DNA of 64,000 nucleotides. Origin: Marispirochaeta sp. (lineage in GTDB: Bacteria; Spirochaetota; Spirochaetia; JC444; Marispirochaetaceae). A program made the translations under genes and the position numbers. The notes below the pieces were generated by a model that did no database searches, was not told the origin of the DNA, and saw only the letters and a list, made by a program, of their open reading frames with translations. Of the stretch, positions 56,338 to 64,000 are shown piece after piece. The DNA lies in the NCBI GenBank assembly GCA_963676835.2, contig CAXXFF010000002.1, forward strand, positions 1,024,001 through 1,088,000, read 5' to 3'. The number at the start of each line of letters is the position of its first letter. Position 1 is the first letter of the stretch.

Positions 56338-57483
56338 TCAGCATCTGTCCAGATAGTGAGCCAGTTCCCGTAAGAATTCCCGGTCGGACCGCCGGTCCAG
56401 GGGATCAATATTCAGCAGGGATTTCAGCTTTTTCAGCCGGAAGGTAATGGTGTTCCGGTGTACATGCAGGGCCCTGCTGGTATGCACCAGGTTGTAGTTG
56501 TTGGCTTCAAGGGATTTTATGGTTTCCACCATTACCTCCTTTTCATCCCCGGGAAACAGAGAGTGGAAGGAGGAGAAAATATCCTTGTACAGCTTAAGGG
56601 TAACCGAGTTGCGGATGTAATCCTGAATATGGTCCAGAAAGAACGTGACTTTCTCATAGTTGCCGGACTGTGGCTGGATAGCCAGCTGCTGAGCATGCAT
56701 ATAGGAGGTCCGGAACTGATCTATCCGGGCCTGAAGGCTTCCGGCAAAGTAGTTCAGATCCTTCTGTTGAGGTATCTTTTTAACCTGCTCTTCAATCTGC
56801 CATATCCAGGAAAAAAGCTGTTCCCTATAGTCCTTGACTGCCTCCGGAGTTTCCCCTTTCAGGTTCTTCAGGACAAGCACATCATCATTCCATCCCCGTA
56901 TGGCAATGTCTCCGCGTTCCAGCAGTGTTCCCTCTTTTAAGGTTTTCAGCAAGCTGCCTCGGTTCATACCGTAAGGCGAACGGATCAGAATAATGACTGT
57001 CAGAGGTGAAAAGTTAAGGCTGTAACGGTCGCAGAGTTCCAGTGCTTCATCATGACTGTACTCTTCATCAAAGAGGCTGTAATGGAGGAATTTTTCCGCC
57101 TCATCAAGGCTGTCCCGGTTTTTCGATGCCTGGATCTCGTAATCGAGCATTGTTTCCAGGGAAGATTTCACAAATCCTGCAAAGGAGTTAACATTTTCCG
57201 GATCGCCGGTAACACAGATCACTCCTATATGTTTTTCTTTATAATCAACATACATATTGATTCCCGGTTTCGCTCCGATATAGTCATCCTTCGGGGTAAC
57301 AATGCCGGAGTCCAGGGTTCCGTGGAGTAGTCCGTAGGCAACTTCATGAAAATCGCCGATACGGGAATCGTCCTTGCTGGCTATTATAATTCCGTCGTGG
57401 TTCATAATATTTACGTTATAGGGGAGGTTTTTTACGGTTTTCTGTATGAATTTCTGGGCAAACTCCGGACTCAGAATAGCCAC
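56338..57483 (-). CDS. CdaR-family sugar diacid regulator
   Basis: NVNIMN..GIIIAS.D.SRIG.FHE, KPGIN, GVICVTGDP; LHVHRNT HTH; GTG start. Confidence 0.9.
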   Translation of the reverse strand: MAILSPEFAQKFIQKTVKNLPYNVNIMNHDGIIIASKDDSRIGDFHEVAYGLLHGTLDSGIVTPKDDYIGAKPGINMYVDYKEKHIGVICVTGDPENVNSFAGFVKSSLETMLDYEIQASKNRDSLDEAEKFLHYSLFDEEYSHDEALELCDRYSLNFSPLTVIILIRSPYGMNRGSLLKTLKEGTLLERGDIAIRGWNDDVLVLKNLKGETPEAVKDYREQLFSWIWQIEEQVKKIPQQKDLNYFAGSLQARIDQFRTSYMHAQQLAIQPQSGNYEKVTFFLDHIQDYIRNSVTLKLYKDIFSSFHSLFPGDEKEVMVETIKSLEANNYNLVHTSRALHVHRNTITFRLKKLKSLLNIDPLDRRSDREFLRELAHYLDRC

Positions 57484-57565
57484 GGTAACTCCTTAATCGG
57501 AACTTCTCCGACAAGGTTAAAATATAGAGAATAAAAAAGGTATTGTAAAATCCTGTCGAATCCGG

Positions 57566-59683
57566 TTAAAAACCGGAATGGGCGTGAGCTGCACCGGTTA
57601 GCAGGGTTTCCACGGTGCTGCTTTCACCGGCTGATATTGTTTTCATCTCACGGTAGATTGAGTGCAGCTTATCCACAATTTCATCAAGCTCCCGTGAATT
57701 GTCATCAACTTCTCTGCTTTTATCCTGTATCAGGCCGAGAGCCTGCTGAACCTGTGTTGTGCCGGCGGTCATTTCTGACATTGTCTCCGCCAGTTCCTGA
57801 AAGCTCAGGTTGAGAATCTGAATCTTATCTATCAGTTCAGTGATCAGCCCGTTTGTTTCGCTGGACTGATTCTGGGTGGCGTTTATGTTCTGTTCAATGC
57901 TCTTCAGATCCTGGGCAATAATATGAGCGTTTTTACCTGACTCTTCAGCAAGTTTGCGGATTTCCGATGCCACAACGGCAAAGCCCAGACCAGCTTTTCC
58001 TGCATGTGCAGCTTCGATGGCGGCATTCATGGCCAGAAGATTGGTGTTGGCCGATACGGAATCTATGGTTGTATTCACCTCACGGATTTTCAGCATTCCC
58101 CTGGTTACATCTTCCACCTGGGTGAGTGTTCTCTGCATGGCTTCGGCTCCGGAGTCGCACCGCTGCTTAAGATCCTTCAGTATTTCCTGACGCTTTTGCA
58201 CGATGGAGTTGATGTTGGTAATTGAGGCAATCATTTCGTCTATAGCAGAAGAGGACTGGGATACTGCATTAACCTGTTCTTCCGAACTTGAATGGTTTTT
58301 CATTGCCAGTTCAACTACGGCCTGCATAAGCTGATTCGCCGAGAGTATTTTTTCTTCAAGCACCTGTGCGGTTTCGTGAATATTGGATTTTGCCTTTTCT
58401 ATGACAGACATTTTGTAGTGATGGCAGTTTTCCGGATTATTCAGATTATTGAAAATTGCTGTTGCCATTTTCTCGCAGCTGCCGTACCCGCAGGAGGAAC
58501 AGTTATACAGGTCTTCTTCAGTAGACTTTTCCATTTTATTATAGATCTTCCAGAGCTGTTTGCTGTCAGGTATCTTTATAGTGATCATGCTGGATTTATT
58601 CTGATAGGTACGGGTATATAACTCAGGCTTCCAGAATTTCTTTAGTATCCGGTTTACCTTTTTTGAACTTTGTTTCCTGTTTTTCCCGGAGCCATATTTA
58701 ATCTTCATCTGTTCTGCTCTCAGGCTGACAGCGTGTTCCAGAATGTCTTCAGAAGTATCTGTTGAGGATGTACCGGTACCACCATTGCAGCCTTTATCGC
58801 AATTGAGACAATCTATAATCAGGGGCTGTGCTCCCTTTTTAAGGGATTCCGGAAGTTCCTGGAAATAGCGGTATATCTGCTGAACCCCCTCTATCTTGCG
58901 GATTCTGGGGCTTAATTCCGGTATCTCCCGTTCGATGGTTTCTCTTAATCCCCCGGGGGAGGAAAAGAGTACCGCTCGCTCTGCCGGAGGGTTGGAGAAC
59001 TCAATTTCAGGGAATCTTTCCAGGGCTATGTTCTTGTTTTTTAAATAGGCTTCAATTGAGGCGAATGTTAAGTTGTAGTCGCCAGTTTTTACGGCATCAA
59101 ATTCATGCCGTTTGGCAACACATGGCGAAAGAATTACAATTTTGTGTCTGGCATATTCTGGATAAAACTGCCGGACCATCTTCATGGTATGAACCATTGG
59201 GCTGTCTGAAGGAGCAAGGTAGTCGAGAAGTTCCGGTTGATACATTTCAAGGTAATTCACAATTGCAGGGCAGGGCTGGGCAATTACCATCTTCGGACTG
59301 TTTTCTTTTATATACCGTAGATAGGAATAGACGGTGAGTTCTGCTCCGAAGCTGACATCAAAAAAAGCGGCAACGCCCAGGGAGTGCAGAAAGCCGTTCA
59401 AACGCAGAATGTTTCCCTGAAATGATGCTTCTGCTGCAGGGGCGACAATGGCGATCATTTTCTGTTTTTCAGGCTGATTGAAAATGAACTCATCCCAGTC
59501 ATCCACGGCTTTCCTCGCACCATGAGTGCAGGCCTTAATGCAGGCCCCGCAGGCAATACAGGCTTCATGGTTAATCTTTACTGAATCGCCACTGGCATCC
59601 TGACAGAGTTTTATGGGACATACAGAAATGCACTGGTGACAATTTATACATTTTGCTTCATCAACCTGAATCAATGGTCTCAT
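57566..59683 (-). CDS. Sensory [FeFe]-hydrogenase domain fused to a methyl-accepting chemotaxis domain
   Basis: 2x[4Fe-4S], VAPA, AQPCPA, SPCVAKRHE, CLNCDKGCNGG, NCSSCGYGSC, TNLLAMNAAIEAAHAG. Confidence 0.9.
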   Translation of the reverse strand: MRPLIQVDEAKCINCHQCISVCPIKLCQDASGDSVKINHEACIACGACIKACTHGARKAVDDWDEFIFNQPEKQKMIAIVAPAAEASFQGNILRLNGFLHSLGVAAFFDVSFGAELTVYSYLRYIKENSPKMVIAQPCPAIVNYLEMYQPELLDYLAPSDSPMVHTMKMVRQFYPEYARHKIVILSPCVAKRHEFDAVKTGDYNLTFASIEAYLKNKNIALERFPEIEFSNPPAERAVLFSSPGGLRETIEREIPELSPRIRKIEGVQQIYRYFQELPESLKKGAQPLIIDCLNCDKGCNGGTGTSSTDTSEDILEHAVSLRAEQMKIKYGSGKNRKQSSKKVNRILKKFWKPELYTRTYQNKSSMITIKIPDSKQLWKIYNKMEKSTEEDLYNCSSCGYGSCEKMATAIFNNLNNPENCHHYKMSVIEKAKSNIHETAQVLEEKILSANQLMQAVVELAMKNHSSSEEQVNAVSQSSSAIDEMIASITNINSIVQKRQEILKDLKQRCDSGAEAMQRTLTQVEDVTRGMLKIREVNTTIDSVSANTNLLAMNAAIEAAHAGKAGLGFAVVASEIRKLAEESGKNAHIIAQDLKSIEQNINATQNQSSETNGLITELIDKIQILNLSFQELAETMSEMTAGTTQVQQALGLIQDKSREVDDNSRELDEIVDKLHSIYREMKTISAGESSTVETLLTGAAHAHSGF

Positions 59684-59793
59684 TTTTTTCCCCCTACTTC
59701 CTGCTTTCGCTCTATAATCGGAAGCAATTGGATCCTGTTTTAGGAAATATTCAGCCAGTCGACCGACATGGGGCTGATTCAAGGAGAATACCA

Positions 59794-60228
59794 GTGAAAA
59801 AACTAATGATCTTTCTGTTTTATGTTCTTTTCTTATCCGCTGCCTTCAGCCAGTCAAAAGAAGAAGATATTGTCCGTCTGATGGAGATGACCGGATCTGC
59901 CGACATGGGGATGCAGATTATGCAGAACATGATTACCCAGTTCAAACAGATCCTGCCGGAAGTTCCAGTGGAGTACTGGGACCAGTTCATGGACAAGGTG
60001 AGTCCAGAAGATATGATAAAAATGGTTGTTCCCATCTATGATCGTCATCTGAGCCATGAAGAAATCAAGGACATAATTGCTTTTTATGAGACCCCTACCG
60101 GCCGAAAGCTTATCCAGCAGCTGCCTCTTATCACTGCAGAATCCATGGCTGCCGGTCAGGAATGGGGTCAGCAGCTGGGAATGGAGATTCAGAACCAGCT
60201 TATAGAAGACGGGCTGCTGAATATCTGA
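59794..60228 (+). CDS. DUF2059 protein
   Basis: Signal peptide; IY.RHLS.EEI..IIAFYETPTGRKL; GTG after AAGGAG. Confidence 0.85.
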   Translation: MKKLMIFLFYVLFLSAAFSQSKEEDIVRLMEMTGSADMGMQIMQNMITQFKQILPEVPVEYWDQFMDKVSPEDMIKMVVPIYDRHLSHEEIKDIIAFYETPTGRKLIQQLPLITAESMAAGQEWGQQLGMEIQNQLIEDGLLNI

Positions 60229-60240
60229 TCTCCTGAGGCA

Positions 60241-61818
60241 CTACTCAAGCAGCTTCGGTTCATCCTGTTCTATCTGCCGGTACCCGTAGCCGGCTTGATT
60301 TATTTTGAAGAACTTCATTACTGCTTCCAGGTGACCGGCCTGATGAGCCAGTTCTTCCGAAGTTGCCGCTAACTCCTCCGATGAGCTGGCATTCTGCTGT
60401 ATAACCTTATCCAGATCCATAATCGCCATGGATATCTGTTCCACCCCGGTCTGCTGTTCCCGGTTGGCGGCGCTTATCTCCTGTACCAGTGAGGTTGTCT
60501 GCTGAATGTTGGGAATAAGGGCGTCCAGCATATCTCCGGCTTCGGTGGAGGTTTTTACCGTGGCATTGGAGAGTATGCTTATCTCTCCCGCAGCGGTCTG
60601 GCTCCGTTCCGCAAGACGGCGAACTTCTGCCGCTACAACTGCAAAGCCTTTTCCGTGCTCTCCGGCCCTGGCCGCTTCGATGGCGGCATTCAGGGCCAGC
60701 AGATTGGTCTGCCTGGCAATCTCTTCTACGATGCTGATTTTCTCCGCAATATTCTTCATAGCTTCCACTGCACTTACAACAGCAGTTCCGCTGGTCTGGG
60801 CATTATCGGAAACCGCATTGGCCAGTTTTTCGGTTTCCGACGAGTTGTCCGCATTCTGCCTCAGGTTGGCGCTCATCTCTTCGATGGAAGAACTGACTTC
60901 CTCTGCCGCCGCCGCCTGGTTGGTGGCACCGTTGGCAATATCCTGAGCAGCGGCTGAGAAATGTCTGCTGCTGGTGGAAATACTGATTGCCGCGGTATTT
61001 ACATCACCTACAATGGATCCCAGCTGGCTCGCCATGGAATCCAGCGCCCTTGCAAGCTCTCCTATCTCGTCCCGGCGTTTCATGTCCCCCTGTTCAACAT
61101 GAATATTAAGGTCTCCCTCGGAAATGATCTTGGCCAGTTCTACGCCGCGGATAATGGGCCGGGCAATACGCCTTCCGAAGATAAAGCCCGCCGTCAGGCC
61201 GACAAGCGCCAGTACCAGGCAGAGTATCAGAAGCATGGTTATTATGCTGGATGAAAGCCTGCGGGCCATGGTTTTTATTTCATCGTTGGGAATCCCCACA
61301 TAAAGAATGCCTATCAGGTTTCCCCGTCTGTCCAGCAGGGGGTCATAGGCTGTGAGGTAGGATTTTCCCAGAATTACCGCTGTGCCGAGGAAGCGCTGTT
61401 TCGATATAATCGGAGTATAGGCGGCACTCTCTTTGCCCAGAAAAGTTCCTACCGCCCGGGAGCCGTCGTCTTTCTTTATATTGGTTACGATGCGAATAAA
61501 GTCATCATCCCGGGCCTGGAAAACCGTGGCGGTAATGCCCAGCTTTTCTCCGAAATTATCGATAAAATCAAAATCTTCAACCGATGAGCCGGACTGGCTG
61601 ACAATTCGTCCTGCAGAAATAGACGGTGTACCGTAGCGGTTGAAGAAAAATGATCGAAAGGATTCTATATCCCCCTCAACCTTCATTTTTAATGCGGCAT
61701 GGGAAACATCGTCAGCCAGTTTATTCAGACCGTAGTGCGCAATAAGCAGCCCGGCACCTGTTATAGCCAGAACAATGACTGCAATAAAGAGCATAATCTT
61801 GTTGGTTATCGATTTCAT
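60241..61818 (-). CDS. Methyl-accepting chemotaxis protein (Cache3-Cache2, HAMP)
   Basis: [57 protein letters not shown]. Confidence 0.94.
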   Translation of the reverse strand: MKSITNKIMLFIAVIVLAITGAGLLIAHYGLNKLADDVSHAALKMKVEGDIESFRSFFFNRYGTPSISAGRIVSQSGSSVEDFDFIDNFGEKLGITATVFQARDDDFIRIVTNIKKDDGSRAVGTFLGKESAAYTPIISKQRFLGTAVILGKSYLTAYDPLLDRRGNLIGILYVGIPNDEIKTMARRLSSSIITMLLILCLVLALVGLTAGFIFGRRIARPIIRGVELAKIISEGDLNIHVEQGDMKRRDEIGELARALDSMASQLGSIVGDVNTAAISISTSSRHFSAAAQDIANGATNQAAAAEEVSSSIEEMSANLRQNADNSSETEKLANAVSDNAQTSGTAVVSAVEAMKNIAEKISIVEEIARQTNLLALNAAIEAARAGEHGKGFAVVAAEVRRLAERSQTAAGEISILSNATVKTSTEAGDMLDALIPNIQQTTSLVQEISAANREQQTGVEQISMAIMDLDKVIQQNASSSEELAATSEELAHQAGHLEAVMKFFKINQAGYGYRQIEQDEPKLLE

Positions 61819-61918
61819 ATCTTCAAAAACTCCTGGTTTGTGACCTCTTTTCTCAGGTTCAGCTTTAATCTTAGGAGGACCGGTGGAGGAGTGCAAATTT
61901 TTATGATACCGTTGCGGC

Positions 61919-62734
61919 ATGAATCGTCTTTTTGTTCTCGGCACCGGAAATGCCATGGCCACCCGCTGTTATAACACCTGCTTCGCCCTAAAAAGCGGCG
62001 ATGAATACATCCTGGTCGATGCCGGAGGCGGCAACGGTATCCTTGCCCGGTTGCAGGCAGCAGATATTGCCATTGGCAGTATCCGGCACCTGGTGCTTAC
62101 CCATGAACATTCGGACCATCTCCTCGGAGCGGTGTGGATAGTCCGGGCCGTAACCGCCGCAATACTTGCCGGTAAATACAAGGGTAACCTTAGCGTCTGG
62201 TGTCATGAAGGACTCGAGAAAGCCCTGCGGGATATCTGCGGTCATACACTGCAGCCCAAGTTTACCCGGCTCATAGGTGAAAGGATCAACTTTTCTATTA
62301 TCAGCGATGGGCATAGCGCAAAGCTGGGAACACAGCAATTCACCTTTTTCGATATTCACTCAACCAAAGCGCTTCAGTACGGATTTTCTGCTGAACTTGA
62401 GGGCGGGGTCCGGCTGACCTGTCTGGGAGATGAGCCCTATAACCCTGCCTGTGAGAAGTATGTACGAGGATCGGACTGGCTGCTTTCCGAGGCCTTCTGT
62501 CTCTATAAGGAGCGGGAAAAATACAAGCCCTACGAAAAGCATCACAGCACCGTCAAGGAAGCCTGCGAACTTGCGGAAGAGCTGAATATCCCCAACCTGG
62601 TGCTCTGGCATACCGAGGACGACAACTATACCGACAGAAAGGAACTGTACACAGCTGAAGGCAGAAAATTCTACAGCGGGAATCTGCTTGTTCCCAGGGA
62701 CGGAGAGACTCTGGCTCTTATTAACGATAAATAA
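61919..62734 (+). CDS. MBL-fold hydrolase, RNase Z/BN-like
   Basis: LGTG, LVDAGGG, THEHSDH, GDEP, HST, LWH. Confidence 0.85.
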   Translation: MNRLFVLGTGNAMATRCYNTCFALKSGDEYILVDAGGGNGILARLQAADIAIGSIRHLVLTHEHSDHLLGAVWIVRAVTAAILAGKYKGNLSVWCHEGLEKALRDICGHTLQPKFTRLIGERINFSIISDGHSAKLGTQQFTFFDIHSTKALQYGFSAELEGGVRLTCLGDEPYNPACEKYVRGSDWLLSEAFCLYKEREKYKPYEKHHSTVKEACELAEELNIPNLVLWHTEDDNYTDRKELYTAEGRKFYSGNLLVPRDGETLALINDK

Positions 62735-62808
62735 ATATCAATTTATTGAAATATATTTCGTTTTGGTATATTTCTATTCACAGTACATTCAACACAAGGC
62801 TGTGCATA

Positions 62809-64000
62809 ATGAAACTCTATCAGAAAATTTCACTGGCCATCTGTATTCTTGTAACCTGTCTCTCCCTTTCACTGGGAATTACTTTTCTTGCCGTTTCCAG
62901 TAATGTCGTACGTTCTGTAGCTGAAAAAGGGCTGCGGGGCCAGGCAGATTCCGGAGCCCGGCTCGTAGGGCAGCAGGTGGGCAGTCTCCTCGCCGCCATG
63001 CATATTATTGCCAACCTGGAGTTCTCCTCCCTGGAGGTGGATTCCTCCAAAAAGGCCCGTTTGACGGAAGAGCTGAAACGCCTTCACCTGCTTGATTTCG
63101 GCGTAGTGGGGAAAGACGGTGTTGCCCGCTATGTCAAAGGAGAAACTTCTGCAGACCTTTCCGACCGTGAATATGTTCAGCAGGCCTTGCGGGGTGTTTC
63201 TGCTGTTTCTGACGTAATTATCAGCCGGGTAACCGGCAGGCCGGTTGTAATGTTTGCCGTCCCGATAATTCAGAACAGTAATATCGCCGGCGCACTGATT
63301 GCACGGGGAGACGGAAATATCCTTTCAAGTCTCATTGATAATGCCGGATTCGGTGACAGTGGGTATGCCTATATTCTGAGCAGTAAAGGCGTTATGCAGG
63401 CTCATCCCGATGAATCCCTGGTTCTTGAGCAGTACGCTCCCGTAAAAGCCGCCGAAAGCGATCCCGGAGTTCAGGGCCTGGCCGATACGGTGTCCGCAAT
63501 GCTTACCGAACCCAACGGTGTCGGCAGTTACAGTTTCCGGGGCAGTACCATGGAGGCAGGATACTCTCCTGTCGGACTCAATGGTCTCATTTATGTACTC
63601 ACGGTGAAGAGAAGTGAGCTTATGCATGAACTCCGTATTCTGCGTACGGTCATTATCTTCGGTACCCTGGCGGCCATAGCAGTGGGACTTATTCTGGGAA
63701 TGATCCTCGGTCGAACCATTGCCCGGCCTATCCGCAAAATGCTGCCCGTATTTGAAGAACTTGCTACCGGTGATCTTACCGGCAGGCTTGAGATCACCTC
63801 AAAAGACGAGCTGGGCCAGCTTGCCCACAAGTTCAACAGCTCCATCGAAGACCTCTCCCGTATGATACGCCTTACCGGCAGCCAGACCAATCAGCTTCAT
63901 GCCGATTTCGGCCTGCTCGCCCGGGACATGTCCGAAACTGCGGTCTCAATCAACCAGATAAGTTCCGGTATTCGGGGCATAAAAGACCAGACCGGCCGGC
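62809..64000 (+). CDS. Methyl-accepting chemotaxis protein with dCache domain (3' truncated, absent from ORF track)
   Basis: Own translation: MKLYQKISLAIC-TM, DLSDREYVQQAL, SDVIISRVTG, VMFAVP, GYAYIL..G.MQAHPD, TM, GDLT...KDELGQLA. Confidence 0.88.
   Translation, partial: MKLYQKISLAICILVTCLSLSLGITFLAVSSNVVRSVAEKGLRGQADSGARLVGQQVGSLLAAMHIIANLEFSSLEVDSSKKARLTEELKRLHLLDFGVVGKDGVARYVKGETSADLSDREYVQQALRGVSAVSDVIISRVTGRPVVMFAVPIIQNSNIAGALIARGDGNILSSLIDNAGFGDSGYAYILSSKGVMQAHPDESLVLEQYAPVKAAESDPGVQGLADTVSAMLTEPNGVGSYSFRGSTMEAGYSPVGLNGLIYVLTVKRSELMHELRILRTVIIFGTLAAIAVGLILGMILGRTIARPIRKMLPVFEELATGDLTGRLEITSKDELGQLAHKFNSSIEDLSRMIRLTGSQTNQLHADFGLLARDMSETAVSINQISSGIRGIKDQTGR

Overview
Bacterial chromosomal window from an anaerobe rich in signalling genes. 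A free-living spirochaete is my guess from gene style only. From left to right: the end of a dipeptide epimerase gene, an AT-rich Ca/Na antiporter, an orphan solute-binding lipoprotein next to a membrane diguanylate cyclase (DGC), and a DA1-like LIM/zinc-peptidase gene. Next is an 11-kb, 13-gene Mrp-Mbx/MBS-type respiratory complex with no NiFe site, a fused GltD-like NAD(P)H module and a ferritin-like gene. Three more DGCs follow (FIST-GGDEF, sigma54-driven Amt-GGDEF, and one coupled to a photocobilin-like B12 protein). Then come a GntR / HMG-CoA lyase / class I HMG-CoA reductase operon, a MalT-like regulator module, a rubredoxin/rubrerythrin operon and four type II toxin-antitoxin (TA) systems. 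tRNA-Leu(CAG) has two interleaved structured repeat families downstream that bracket single-module cassettes. The window ends with a glucarate/galactarate operon, a sensory [FeFe]-hydrogenase-MCP fusion and two further MCPs. The strongest novelty candidates are: (1) a class I HMG-CoA reductase with an NAD-type cofactor signature in an apparently catabolic operon; (2) the repeat-bounded cassette array at tRNA-Leu; (3) the Mbx variant with altered active-site cysteines. I saw no CRISPR array, rRNA, integrase or transposase. All calls come from reading motifs by eye; no searches were run.
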